Shown: positions 39,709 through 50,480 of the stretch, piece by piece
How the letters are laid out: every line of letters starts with the position of its first letter
Position numbering within the stretch: the first letter of the stretch is position 1
Source of the DNA: Candidatus Latescibacterota bacterium
GTDB lineage: Bacteria; Latescibacterota; CBDEFO01
Reading direction: 5' to 3'
Length of the DNA: 64,000 bases
NCBI GenBank assembly: GCA_965248755.1
Contig: OZ252149.1
Coordinates: 3,488,001 to 3,552,000 of the forward strand
Position numbers and translations under genes: made by a program
The notes under the pieces: model-generated
Seen by the model: only the letters and a program-made list of their open reading frames with translations
Told to the model about the DNA's origin: nothing
Database searches by the model: none

Positions 39709-40884
39709 ATGAAGGCGCAGAGAATCAACGAGTTGCGCAAACATTATCAGAACTGCCTGCTTAATGACGTCATTCCATTCTGGCTGAGGCATTCGCTAGA
39801 CCGTGAAGAAGGTGGTTACCTAAACTGCCTGGACCGCGATGGCTCAGTTTTCAACACGGACAAAGCGATGTGGCTTCAGTGCAGGGCCATATGGCTCTTT
39901 TCTAAGCTGTACAATACGCTTGAGCCGCGCGATACGTGGCTTGACGCTGCCAAGTGCGGGTTTGATTTCGTTGCCAAATACGGTTTTGACACCGATGGCC
40001 GCATGTTCTTTACCGTTACCCGCGACGGTCGGCCGCTCCGCAAGCGCCGCTATCTTTTTACCGAAACCTTCGGCGTAATCGCCTGTGCCGAATACGCGAA
40101 GGCGACCGGTGACAAGAGTGCACTTCAGCGCGCCAAGGACCTCTATGGACTGATCACCGATCTCTATCGAACCCCCGGCGCTCTTCCTCCAAAAATCTTG
40201 CCCCAAACCCGTGTGACGAAGTCGCAAGCCATGCCGATGATTCTGTTAGCCACAACTCAGGAACTCAGGCAGGTGGACTCCGATCCGTTGTACACCGAAG
40301 TCATTGACGATTCTCTTGGCCAGATTTTGAACCATTTTTTGAAACCCGATGAGCGTGCTCTCTTTGAAACGGTGGGTCCAAATGGCGAGCGACTCGATTC
40401 AAGCGAAGGACGCTGCCTCAACCCAGGCCATGCCATAGAGACGGCATGGTTTATTATGCACGAAGCTCGGCACCGCAACGATTTGAGTCTCATCCGCAGT
40501 GCGTTAGATATACTGGATTGGTCCTTAGAATGGGGCTGGGACAAGAAATACGGGGGCATTCTATATTTTGTTGATGTGGAGGGCAAGCCGCCGGAGCAGC
40601 TTGAGTGGGACATGAAGCTCTGGTGGCCGCATACCGAGGCGCTCTATGCCCTGCTGTTGGCTCACCACCTGACGGGTGAGGCGAAGTATGATGACTGGTA
40701 CGAGAAGGTACACGAATGGACCTTTGGCCATTTTCCCGATCCGGAGTATGGGGAGTGGTTTGGATACTTACATCGGGACGGCTCGTTATCGCTCTCTCTC
40801 AAAGGCTCAATGTGGAAAGGAGCCTTTCATCTGCCGCGAGCCCTATTACAGTGTTTTACGCTTCTGGAAGAGATGGCCAGCTAA
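39709..40884 (+). CDS. N-acylglucosamine 2-epimerase (AGE family)
   Basis: IPFW..HS.D.E.GGY..CLDRDG, NPGHAIE, KLWWPHTEA, WFGYL, KGAFHLPR. Confidence 0.92.
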   Translation: MKAQRINELRKHYQNCLLNDVIPFWLRHSLDREEGGYLNCLDRDGSVFNTDKAMWLQCRAIWLFSKLYNTLEPRDTWLDAAKCGFDFVAKYGFDTDGRMFFTVTRDGRPLRKRRYLFTETFGVIACAEYAKATGDKSALQRAKDLYGLITDLYRTPGALPPKILPQTRVTKSQAMPMILLATTQELRQVDSDPLYTEVIDDSLGQILNHFLKPDERALFETVGPNGERLDSSEGRCLNPGHAIETAWFIMHEARHRNDLSLIRSALDILDWSLEWGWDKKYGGILYFVDVEGKPPEQLEWDMKLWWPHTEALYALLLAHHLTGEAKYDDWYEKVHEWTFGHFPDPEYGEWFGYLHRDGSLSLSLKGSMWKGAFHLPRALLQCFTLLEEMAS

Positions 40885-41218
40885 GGCTAAGTGAGTAGAC
40901 AGAATGTTGGGCCGAACCCGCCTGGCAGTAGAGGGGCAGAAGTGGCAACAAGACAAGAAGTCGCTTCCCGTCCAGTAGACAGGGGCGCCTTCTCCCGTCA
41001 CTTGAGTTTGCTGCCGAGTCTTCATCCATACCGATTACAGAAGGAACAAATAGACAGTAGACAGGGCACGTCACCCCGCTGGGTGCTGTTTGCTATTTTG
41101 GATCTCAATATCCTTACCCCGATTATTGCGACCCGTTACTTGATCGGAGGAACTAACGGCTGCTTCGGCCCATGTGAGCTTTGGGACTTCCTGATAACTG
41201 ATTTCTTACAGAGATATC

Positions 41219-42241
41219 TTGATGTCTAGCTATCCTTCTTATAAAGTAGCCGCAGCCCATGTGGCGCCAGTCTTTCTTGATCTGAAAGGCACGGTTGACA
41301 AAACGTGTTCCTTGATCAAAGAAGCCGCTCAGCAAGGTGCCGAGCTGATTGTCTTTCCCGAGGCATATCTTCCCGCCTTTCCGGTGTGGTGTGCGCTGCG
41401 ATCGCCGATATATAATCACGACTTGTTCCGTTGGTTGGCCGCAAACACTATCAGGATTCCCGGGCCGGAGCTGGCAGAAATTTCCAACACAGCCCGCGAG
41501 TGCGGTGTGTTCGTTTCCTTAGGATTTAACGAGGGCAACAGCATCAGCGTTGGATGTATCTGGAATGCCAACGTGTTGATCGGAGACGACGGCCATGTCC
41601 TCTGCCATCACCGCAAGATCGTACCGACCTTCTACGAAAAACTCATATGGGCACCGGGCGATGGCGGCGGTTTGCAAGTGGTCGAAACGCGCCTCGGCAG
41701 ATTGGGTATGCTGATCTGTGGCGAAAACACAAATCCCCTCGCCCGTTACACGCTTCTGGCTCAAGGTGAGCAATTGCATCTGTCAACCTACCCACCGGTA
41801 TGGCCCACCCACGATCCATCAACAGGCGGAAACTACGATTTCAAGCAGGCCATACAACTTCGCGCGGCAGCCCATTCATTTGAGGGGAAGGTGTTCAATG
41901 TTGTTGCTGCCGGCTATTTGGATAAGACCGGACAGGAGGAACTCATGGCGCTGGACCCGAATGCTGGACGCATACTCCATGAAAGCCCGCGAGGTATCTC
42001 GGTGGTAATGGGTCCTGATGGCCTTCCCATTAGCGATATAATGCAAGACACAGAAGGCATTCTTTACGCAGATATAGACCTGTCCGACTGTGTTGAGCCA
42101 AAGCAGTTCCACGATGTGGTCGGCGGCTACAATCGATTCGACATTTTCAAATTGACGGTGGATCGCTCGGCCCGCCGACCGATATCATTTGAGACGAAGA
42201 ACTTCAATGATGATCAACCGCCTGCGGCTGATCCCCAATAG
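41219..42241 (+). CDS. Nitrilase (carbon-nitrogen hydrolase)
   Basis: Catalytic triad contexts VFPE, HRKIVPT, LICGEN. Confidence 0.92.
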   Translation: MMSSYPSYKVAAAHVAPVFLDLKGTVDKTCSLIKEAAQQGAELIVFPEAYLPAFPVWCALRSPIYNHDLFRWLAANTIRIPGPELAEISNTARECGVFVSLGFNEGNSISVGCIWNANVLIGDDGHVLCHHRKIVPTFYEKLIWAPGDGGGLQVVETRLGRLGMLICGENTNPLARYTLLAQGEQLHLSTYPPVWPTHDPSTGGNYDFKQAIQLRAAAHSFEGKVFNVVAAGYLDKTGQEELMALDPNAGRILHESPRGISVVMGPDGLPISDIMQDTEGILYADIDLSDCVEPKQFHDVVGGYNRFDIFKLTVDRSARRPISFETKNFNDDQPPAADPQ

Positions 42242-42457
42242 ATGCACTTGGGGACTGGAAAGGGACGACACTCGTAATAGATATCTAAGAGCCATCCACT
42301 TCTATTTAGTCAAAGCGGGTGGGGAAGACTTATAGTGACGAACAAGAGAGCAGCAAAAACGAAAGGGGCAAATGGGAGTTTCCGTGACCTCTTGTTCTTT
42401 ATGGCACACCCAAAATTCACTGCAGCGGGGTAGATAAGCCAACAGACGGAGGGGCCT

Positions 42458-42994
42458 ATGCTTACTGAAAACCAGCTTGTTCAGTTTGAGGTCTTCGGCT
42501 TTGTCGTTCTGCGCGGGGTCCTTACCTGTGACGAGCTCAGGATCATAGATTCCGAGTTCGATATCGGCCTCGTCAGGGCCATAGAGGCTATGGACCGGCA
42601 CGGCATTCCCAAGCAGCTCAACTGGTCGAACCTGGGTCTAGATACGCCGTTCCTGGCCTCGCTACTGGAGGATCCCCGGTTCCTGGAGGCCACCGAGCAG
42701 CTCTACGGACAGGACGTGGTCGGCTATTACGCCAACTCCAACTCCTTCGACAGTGACCGTACCGAGTGGCATCCCGATACCTTCAACCTCGTCAGGCGCG
42801 GCGTGAAGTTCGCCTTCTACCTACAGCCGCTGGACGAGAAGACGGGCGCGCTACGTACGGCTGAGCGCGAACAAACCCCTGAGATGGAAACACCTCAGCC
42901 TCTGGGGGGTGCAGTTCTGGGGACAGACGATCGAGGACAAATAGCCAAGGTGGGCAGGTCGCGCACGCTGTTTTTGAGAACAATGATCCTGTAA
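42458..42994 (+). pseudogene. 3'-truncated duplicate of the PhyH dioxygenase at 45828
   Basis: Similarity to 45600-46222 (offset 3370) ends at GALR (~42852); the distal His is lost. Confidence 0.8.
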
Positions 42995-43031
42995 TTGTCG
43001 ATGAAGAAACGTTAGCCCAGGAGAAATCAAA

Positions 43032-44132
43032 ATGCCTACAAGCTCTAGCGAGGAGAAGACCCGACACCTGGAAGTGCCCGAGTACACGGCCACCGGGGGA
43101 AGCGGCAAGTACACCGGTTTTAACTCGGTGAATCTTCAGGAGATCTACTTCGTCCAAAAGCAAGCGGCGGTCCGGTCGCAAATAAGCCCCCGTGGCGGGC
43201 ACAAGCCCTGCATGGCCCGCCTTCCCAGCGGTGACCTGCTGGCCACGCAGATTTTCAATGGCAGCATAGCCCTGTGCCGATCTAAGGATGATGGTTTCAG
43301 CTGGGGGCCGCCTCGTGAGGTGGTGGTGCCGGGAGGGAGGAGGCTTTCTGGGAGAGCTCCAATGTTTGCAGCGCTGGCGGATGGGACCTTGCTCCTGGGG
43401 AGCGGGACGATCTACCGCTCTACCGATGAGGGGCAAACCTGGCAGCAGTGTCAGGTCAACGGGTCCGTTACGGTGGCAGGCAAGACCTACAACATTGGCT
43501 GGGGTGAGAGCGACGGACCTCACCAGCTCTCGGACGGCACGGTCATCTGCAGTGGCTTAATCTCGCTGGCCCCGGGCAAATCGAAAGCGTATCTGCTTCG
43601 CTCGAAAGACGGGGGCCAGACCTGGGGTGACGCCTCCTACATCGCCGACGCCAGTGAGGTCAACATTGCCGTGCTGCCTGGCGACAAACTCTTTGCCTGC
43701 CTGAGGGTCGCAACTGCCGGGGCGGGAGAAGGCGGGGCTATCGTGGAAGTGACCAAGTCCAGCGATGACGGGCGCAGCTGGAGCCGGCCGCGCCGGATCG
43801 GCCTGGGCAAGGCCCAGATCCCTGGCTTCCCGCTATATCTCAAAGACGGCAGGCTCCTAATAATCTATGGCAATCGGCAGTTTCCTTTCGGGGCCCAGGC
43901 TATTGCCAGTCGAGATGGCGGCAAGACGTGGGATACCAAACATCCGATTATCCTGACCTGGTTCAGCTGGGACGATTATTGTGGCCATCCGCGAAGCCTG
44001 GTTCTTCCGGACGGTAGTATCATTACCGGCTACTACGCCAGAGTATTCAAGGAGAATCAAAGCCCCGACTCCGACATTGCAGGGCACTGTTTGCGTTGGC
44101 AGGTTCCTGACGATTGGCCACCGCTTCGGTAA
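43032..44132 (+). CDS. BNR/Asp-box beta-propeller (sialidase-family) protein
   Basis: Asp boxes SKDDGFSW, STDEGQTW, SKDGGQTW, SSDDGRSW, SRDGGKTW. Confidence 0.85.
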   Translation: MPTSSSEEKTRHLEVPEYTATGGSGKYTGFNSVNLQEIYFVQKQAAVRSQISPRGGHKPCMARLPSGDLLATQIFNGSIALCRSKDDGFSWGPPREVVVPGGRRLSGRAPMFAALADGTLLLGSGTIYRSTDEGQTWQQCQVNGSVTVAGKTYNIGWGESDGPHQLSDGTVICSGLISLAPGKSKAYLLRSKDGGQTWGDASYIADASEVNIAVLPGDKLFACLRVATAGAGEGGAIVEVTKSSDDGRSWSRPRRIGLGKAQIPGFPLYLKDGRLLIIYGNRQFPFGAQAIASRDGGKTWDTKHPIILTWFSWDDYCGHPRSLVLPDGSIITGYYARVFKENQSPDSDIAGHCLRWQVPDDWPPLR

Positions 44133-44271
44133 GGAACTCTCTCAACGGATAAAGAGACCTGGCTGGGACACCCACTTTCATAGATGGGAAATGTAGGACA
44201 AGAATTATAGTTAAAGAGGTCAAGAGCACAATGTCCAGAAGACTATTTTCAGACGACAAATTAGAGCATAT

Positions 44272-44452
44272 CATACCGCTTCCCTTGACAAGGTGACAGA
44301 TATTCTGCAAATTGGGGTTTGAGCCTTGTCCCCGAGTGATGCTATCGGGGAAAGGAGGTTAAGATGTCAAGCCCCGAGGTGGAAGATGGTAAGCGCTGGA
44401 CGGTGACTGATAAGGCAGATGTTGTGCTGACTCTTTTGGAAGGAGCGGGTTA
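44272..44452 (+). mobile_element. Left-end remnant of the same IS3-family element as at 63685
   Basis: CATACCGCT.CCCTTGACA...GGGGTTTGAG and MSSPEVEDGKRWT align with 63687-63835; carries a 27-bp insert. Confidence 0.85.
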
Positions 44453-44638
44453 AGACGAAAGCAAGTGATAATTCAAGAGGAAATTGCTATTTCGATTGAA
44501 AAAAGTAGTTGTTGAAAAATGTAAGAGTGGTTATACTCATTCACAAGCAAGATTGTATCGAAATATAATCCCTCATGAACGTGATATAGGGAAGGTGGGT
44601 TGCTTATTGCCCAAGGAGTTACATTAAAGGACACATAA

Positions 44639-45580
44639 TTGTCAGAGTCAGAACCCCACTCACAAATAGGAGAGACCGAATCCAAAGTCAAGACCGAAGC
44701 AATGCCGGTTGAAGGAGTGGATTTTAAGTCCGGGGCTGCGCTCATACTTCTAGCTCTGTTGTTGGGAGGGCACCCTGTGGCTATGAAATTCGGACTTAAG
44801 GGAACTCCCCCAATCGGCATGGGGGCAATAAGATTTGCCGGAGGAGCGATTTCCATAGCCTTGTGGGGCGCATTTACTGGTGAGCCCCTGAAGATGAAAA
44901 GGAACGAGGTCAGACCGATTCTATGGATAACTCTGCTCTTTACAGCTCATATCGTGACTCTAAATTGGGGAACCCACCTGACGACCGCAGCCCATTCGAC
45001 GGTCTTGATAAATACACAAACCTTCTTCGTATCTATCTTAGCCCACTTCCTGATTGCGGGAGATAGATTAAACGCAAAAAAACTCATCGGGATCGTCCTG
45101 TCCTTCTGCGGCGTGGCTTCCATCTTCAGGGGAAGCCTGGAACTGGGAGGGTCGAGAAACCTCTTAGGCGATTCCCTTGTTCTCGCAAGCGGGTTCCTTG
45201 TAGCGTGCAGGGTTGTGTTCGGCAAGAGGATAATGCAGTATGTGCATCTCTACAGGTTCCTGGCGTGGCAGATGATATTCGGCCTTATCGCCTTATCTCT
45301 TCTCAGCCTCTACACGGAGGGAATCGAAGGCTACAATTTTACTTCCACCGTTGTCCTTTCGCACTTGTACCAGGGCGTCATCGTAGCCGGGTTCTGCTTT
45401 GTGCTGTGGCACACTCTCTTGAAGCGCAAGAGTCCGAGCAAGATAGTAGTCTTCTTCTGTCTAACTCCCATATTTGGAGTGATCTTTAGCGCCCATTTTC
45501 TGTCAGAGAAGATAACGTGGGACCTTGCGGCTGGAGCGCTCTTAGTTGCGGCGGGAATGTACGTTGTGAACAAATCATAA
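44639..45580 (+). CDS. DMT/EamA family transporter
   Basis: About 10 TM segments in two EamA repeats (AIRF, LAHFLIAGDRL, FLSEKI). Confidence 0.9.
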   Translation: MSESEPHSQIGETESKVKTEAMPVEGVDFKSGAALILLALLLGGHPVAMKFGLKGTPPIGMGAIRFAGGAISIALWGAFTGEPLKMKRNEVRPILWITLLFTAHIVTLNWGTHLTTAAHSTVLINTQTFFVSILAHFLIAGDRLNAKKLIGIVLSFCGVASIFRGSLELGGSRNLLGDSLVLASGFLVACRVVFGKRIMQYVHLYRFLAWQMIFGLIALSLLSLYTEGIEGYNFTSTVVLSHLYQGVIVAGFCFVLWHTLLKRKSPSKIVVFFCLTPIFGVIFSAHFLSEKITWDLAAGALLVAAGMYVVNKS

Positions 45581-45827
45581 GGGCAGCAGACAGGCCCCCG
45601 ATCGCCAATAGATTTACCTGGGGACTGGATAGGGACGACACTCGTAATAGAGATCTAAAAGCCATCCACTTCTATTCAGTCAAAGCGGGTGGGCAAGACT
45701 TATAGTGACGAACAAGAGAGCAGCAAAAACGAAAGGGGCAAATGGGAGTTTCCGTGACCTCTTGTTCTTTATGGCACACCGAACATTCAGTCCAGCGGGG
45801 TAGATAATCCAACAGACGGAGGAGTCA

Positions 45828-46643
45828 ATGCTTACGGAAAATCAGCTTGTTCAGTTTGAGGTCTTCGGCTTTGTCGTTCTGCGCGGGGTCCTTACCTATG
45901 CCGACCTCAGGATCATAGAATCCGAGTTCGATATCGGCCTCGTCAGGGCCAGAGAGGCCATGGGCCGGCACGGTATCCGCAAGCAGCTCAACTGGTCGAA
46001 CCTGGGTCCAGATACGCCGTTCCTGGCCTCTCTACAGGAGGATCCCCGGTTCCTGGAGGCCACCGAGCAGTTCTACGGACCGGACGTGGTCGGCTATTAC
46101 GCCAACTCCAACTCCTTCGACAGTGACCGTACGGAGTGGCATCCCGATACCTTCAACCTCGTCCAGCGTGGCGTGAAGTTCGCCTTCTACCTACAGCCGC
46201 TAGACGAGAAGACAGGCGCGCTCCGGTTCATACCCGGCTCTCACAAAGATTCCCTCCACTCAGACATCAAGAAGGTCACCCTGAAAGAGTCCAATGAGGG
46301 GGTCATCGAGGGGGGTGGCGTTGAGGTCGACGCGATGCCTGCGTACGTTGCGAGGTCGCAGCCTGGAGACGTGGTCGCCTTCGACAACCGGATCTGGCAC
46401 GCCAGCTGGGGAGGCGGCAGCGACCGGAAGATGTGCAGCCTCGGTTATTTTGCCGCTCCGGCAACGCCAGAAGAAGAGGAGTCGATGCAGGAGATGGTCG
46501 AGCAAGAGGCCCGCCTGGTCGAGGTGTTTCCGCTGCTCAAGCCCCACCGCGACTGGATTTCCAACCCCGACCGCAGCCCGGGTCGCCAGCGCTGGATAGA
46601 CAGCCTCAGGCATTGGGGCTTCGTCGGTTCCATCGGAGGCTGA
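45828..46643 (+). CDS. Phytanoyl-CoA dioxygenase (PhyH) family Fe/2OG oxygenase
   Basis: FEVFGFVVLRG, WHPD, GALRFIPGSH, PGDVVAFD.RIWHA. Confidence 0.88.
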   Translation: MLTENQLVQFEVFGFVVLRGVLTYADLRIIESEFDIGLVRAREAMGRHGIRKQLNWSNLGPDTPFLASLQEDPRFLEATEQFYGPDVVGYYANSNSFDSDRTEWHPDTFNLVQRGVKFAFYLQPLDEKTGALRFIPGSHKDSLHSDIKKVTLKESNEGVIEGGGVEVDAMPAYVARSQPGDVVAFDNRIWHASWGGGSDRKMCSLGYFAAPATPEEEESMQEMVEQEARLVEVFPLLKPHRDWISNPDRSPGRQRWIDSLRHWGFVGSIGG

Positions 46644-46867
46644 CAGCCTACGGTGATGACAATAGCAGCCCGGCGCTCATACCAACGTCATTGTCGGGCG
46701 AGGCTGGCGACGCGACGCTCTCAATGTAATTCAACGCCAGTTAGGATACACCACCGCGCCAGGGCTGCGGGGCTACGCCATGATTGAGAGACGTGCTGTT
46801 GTGTAGCGATGATCGGCAGTTTTTGAACCGACATCAGATGTGATCCATTCTCGAGGAAAGTCATCGG

Positions 46868-47989
46868 ATGAGATGTGGCCGAATAGCGTTGATGATTCTA
46901 GCTGGGATCGTGCTTCAGGGCGCGCACTCCGTGGCGCGAGCCGAAGAACCGATTCAGCCGGTGTTTGAGCAGTACATGGAAGAACTCGAGGTATGGAACA
47001 GCCAGTGGGACTTTCATCGCAGTGCCAAAGGCGAATTGGTCTTGATCGGCTCCTGCTGTCCCGAGAACGGCGCGATCGCCAGCAACGACGAGGGGAGAAC
47101 CTGGCACGATTGGCCGGATATCCGCACGTGGCCGCAGGGCGGCATTGAAGCCATTTCCCGACGCGGTACGGAACTGTTCATTCAGGGCGGCGACACGCGC
47201 ATCTGGCGCTCACAGGACGAAGGCAAGACGTGGTCCGGTGGGCAACGCCTACTGATGTGGCCCAAACATCTTCAACTCGAAAACGGCAAAAAGTTGCTAT
47301 GGACGCCGACCGGTGATAGGATTCTGTTGACCAAAGAGAACCGGCTGCTGGTCAGTGTTGATTTCCTGATGGGGGGTGAAGGGCCGGGACCGGACCTTGT
47401 CGGGGCGCTTGTCAGCCAAGACAGCGGACAGACGTGGCGGTTATATGAGTTGTTTGGCCCGCCGCCGGGTTATCGTGATCGGCCGGAAGGTTTTGGTGAG
47501 CCGAAGCTAGTGGAGCTGGCCGACGGCCGTATCTGGATGGTCTTTCGCACCTGCCTTGGCCATCTGTGGCAGGCGTTTTCCGAGGATGGCGGACGAACGT
47601 GGGGTAAGCCGTCTTCGACCGGCCTGGTCTCACCGCTGGCGCCGCTTAATGCGCAGCGTGTGCCCGACAGCGACGCGGTCGTGGTCGTGTGGAGTCACTC
47701 CAAACCAACCAACTCGACGGTCTGGCGTTCCGAGCATAACTACTGGTTCCCGCGCGCCCCGATGGTCTTTGCCGTCAGCCACGACCACTGCAAAACGTGG
47801 AGCCGACCGGTCATCGTTACTGAGAACGAAGGCTTTATGCGGAACATTTACTTTTCCGACAAAGAAATGTTCATCAACTACGAGGAAGGCACCGGTGCAG
47901 AACACTGGGTGGAAGGATTCCACTACCGCCCGAAGCTTGTGATTTACGACCTGAAGGATGTATTGGCGCTGCAGCCGCAAGAAAAATAA
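46868..47989 (+). CDS. Secreted BNR/Asp-box sialidase-family protein
   Basis: Signal peptide (ARA); five S.D.G.TW-type boxes; EP.LVELADGRI. Confidence 0.85.
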   Translation: MRCGRIALMILAGIVLQGAHSVARAEEPIQPVFEQYMEELEVWNSQWDFHRSAKGELVLIGSCCPENGAIASNDEGRTWHDWPDIRTWPQGGIEAISRRGTELFIQGGDTRIWRSQDEGKTWSGGQRLLMWPKHLQLENGKKLLWTPTGDRILLTKENRLLVSVDFLMGGEGPGPDLVGALVSQDSGQTWRLYELFGPPPGYRDRPEGFGEPKLVELADGRIWMVFRTCLGHLWQAFSEDGGRTWGKPSSTGLVSPLAPLNAQRVPDSDAVVVVWSHSKPTNSTVWRSEHNYWFPRAPMVFAVSHDHCKTWSRPVIVTENEGFMRNIYFSDKEMFINYEEGTGAEHWVEGFHYRPKLVIYDLKDVLALQPQEK

Positions 47990-48119
47990 TAGTGGTAGGT
48001 TCGACGAATCAACCGACCCACCCATCTTCAAACTAACGGCGTAACAGTTCTGGATGGGCTGCGGTACTGTGTCAGGGCGCGGTACGTCGGCCCACCGTAA
48101 AGGAAAAAAGGATACCCAT

Positions 48120-50480
48120 ATGTACAAAGGCGATTCGATCGGCAGAGCCTTCCTACTCGGCACCGCTATGTGTCTCTTGGTCTTGGGTTGCACCTCCACG
48201 TATCGTCACATCAAAGTCGGCCAGCAGTATGATATGGACTACAGACGCGGCCCCTACCTCGCAATGGGGACTCCCCATTCGATGGTGATCGTTTGGCGCA
48301 CGGGCCGCCCGATTCGTCCCCGAGTGGTACTGATCACCGAATCACCAGACCAACTCGACCAGCCGTTCGGTCCCATAGACGTCCACACAAAGAGAACCAG
48401 GGGGAGAGACGGCGGCAAGGGCGCCCTCCACAGCGCACCGCCGGATGCGGTCCAGTACGAGGCTTATGTCACAGGTCTCCAGCCGGCCACGAAGTACTAC
48501 TACGCCGTCTATGACGGTTCCTACCGCCTGGCTGGTGGTGATGAAACCCATCATTTCGTCACCAGTCCACCCGTGGGCAGCAGATCCCCCTTCCGATTCT
48601 GGGTCTTGGGCGATTCCGGTACCGGCGACCAGAATCAGGCCGATGTCTATGACGCCATGCGCCGGCACACGGCGACGCAGCAGCGTCCTTTGGACCTGTT
48701 CATCCATGTCGGTGACATGGCCTACAGCAGCGGAAAGGACAAAGAGTTTCAGCACCGGTTCTTCGAGCCCTACGGCCAGACGCTGCGCCATCTGGTCTGC
48801 TGGCCCGCAATGGGAAATCACGAAGGTGGCAACTCTGACGGAAGAACCGGCGTCGGCCCGTATTACGACGCGTACGTGTTGCCTACCCGTGGGGAGGCGG
48901 GGGGAGCGGCGTCGGGAACGGAAGCGTACTATGCCTTTGACTACGGCAACGTGCATTTCATCTGCCTCAATTCTCACGACCTGGACCGCCGTCCCACCGG
49001 CGCCATGGCGAGATGGCTCAAGGCCGATCTGGAGCAGACGAATAGCGACTGGATTCTGGCCTTCTGGCACCACCCCCCCTATTCCAAGGGCACGCACGAC
49101 AGCGACACGGAAGGTCAGCTCATCGAGATGCGCGAGCACATCATGCCTATCCTCGAATCGGGTGGTGTGGATGTCGTCTTTACAGGTCACTCGCACACCT
49201 ACGAACGCTCGATGCTGATGGACGGCGCTTACGGCACGCCGACGGTGGCGGAGGGTTTCATCCTGGACGACGGAGACGGTGATCCGGCGGGAGACGGCGC
49301 CTATCGCAAGAGCAGCGGCCTCAACCCGCACGAAGGCACTATCCAGGTCGTGGCCGGCACAGGCGGCGCCGGGGTTGGTCGAGGCGGCACGATGCCCGTA
49401 ATGAAGCAAGTCCTCATCGAGCACGGGTCGGTCATCGTGGATGTTGAGGGAGATATGGTGACGGCCATCATGCTCAATGCCGACGGCAGACAGCGTGATC
49501 TATTCCGTATCGTCAAGCGCGGCACGGTCAAGCCCGTCCGCCTGGCAGAGCCGCGGCAGTTGCCGCCTTTCGTACAATTCCATCCTGTCAATGCCGTTGC
49601 GACGATGAAGGAGTTGCCTAAACCCGGCGCCACTGTGTCTGTCGAAGTTCTGATCCCGAGTCTGCCGGAGGCTCTGTCGGCCACAATCAAGTGGAACACT
49701 GCGCAGACGGCATGGCGAATGGAACCGGCATCGGCCGATCTGCAAATTAGTGCCGGCGAGCCAACCCTCCAACGCTTTGAGGCCATGTGCGACGAACAGC
49801 TCTTTCCGCCGCCCGGTGCGACGATCACTTACCACACGACGCAGTCCGGCGACGTTCGCGGCCGGGTGCGATTCGAGATTCCGCCGTACAAGCGCGCCGT
49901 CATCACACAGATGGCGGCACCTCCGAAGATAGACGGCACCATCAGCGCCGAGGAACGGGCTTTGGTGTCCCGGCAATCCGGTATGATCCAGATCAACGGC
50001 TCCGGACCGGCCAGGTTTCCCACAGAGTTCTTCCTGGGCCTGCACGAAAATCACCTGTATCTTGCGGTCATCAATCACGAGCCGCGTGTGGACCGGTTGA
50101 AGATCGTGGAGAGGCCGTTCGACGGGGAGGTCTGGGAGGATGACTGCGTCGAGGTGTTCATCAGCCTCCCGGACAGCGCGGACTATTTCCAGTTCATCGT
50201 GAATGCCGCCGGACAACGTTATGACGGCAGACAGAAAGACTCTGCGTGGAACGGTCGATGGCGCGCCGCGACGGCGCGCGGCTCGGACCGATGGATGGTG
50301 GAGATGCTCATCTCACTGGACATGCTGGGCCGGCGGCTGAGCTCCGGCGACCCCATACGCTTCAATCTGTCACGAAACAACGTAGTTCAGGGCGAATACA
50401 GCCAATGGTCCCATACGAACCGCCAATCAAACCACGCGCCGCAGTTTTTCGGCACCGCCATTGTCGCAGACCAACGATGA
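48120..50480 (+). CDS. Purple acid phosphatase-like metallophosphoesterase with N-terminal FN3-like and C-terminal CBM9-like domains; lipoprotein
   Basis: VLGC lipobox; GDSG, GDMAY, GNHE, HHPPY, GHSH; PKIDG...DCVEVF...W.VEM.I. Confidence 0.88.
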   Translation: MYKGDSIGRAFLLGTAMCLLVLGCTSTYRHIKVGQQYDMDYRRGPYLAMGTPHSMVIVWRTGRPIRPRVVLITESPDQLDQPFGPIDVHTKRTRGRDGGKGALHSAPPDAVQYEAYVTGLQPATKYYYAVYDGSYRLAGGDETHHFVTSPPVGSRSPFRFWVLGDSGTGDQNQADVYDAMRRHTATQQRPLDLFIHVGDMAYSSGKDKEFQHRFFEPYGQTLRHLVCWPAMGNHEGGNSDGRTGVGPYYDAYVLPTRGEAGGAASGTEAYYAFDYGNVHFICLNSHDLDRRPTGAMARWLKADLEQTNSDWILAFWHHPPYSKGTHDSDTEGQLIEMREHIMPILESGGVDVVFTGHSHTYERSMLMDGAYGTPTVAEGFILDDGDGDPAGDGAYRKSSGLNPHEGTIQVVAGTGGAGVGRGGTMPVMKQVLIEHGSVIVDVEGDMVTAIMLNADGRQRDLFRIVKRGTVKPVRLAEPRQLPPFVQFHPVNAVATMKELPKPGATVSVEVLIPSLPEALSATIKWNTAQTAWRMEPASADLQISAGEPTLQRFEAMCDEQLFPPPGATITYHTTQSGDVRGRVRFEIPPYKRAVITQMAAPPKIDGTISAEERALVSRQSGMIQINGSGPARFPTEFFLGLHENHLYLAVINHEPRVDRLKIVERPFDGEVWEDDCVEVFISLPDSADYFQFIVNAAGQRYDGRQKDSAWNGRWRAATARGSDRWMVEMLISLDMLGRRLSSGDPIRFNLSRNNVVQGEYSQWSHTNRQSNHAPQFFGTAIVADQR

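Noticed and set aside
500..41065. Short AGTAGAC/GTCTACT heptamer runs (~501, 665, 9790, 28154, 40894, 41050)
   Set aside because: Only 1-3 units each in intergenic DNA; probably simple repeats, with no structure to support a functional claim
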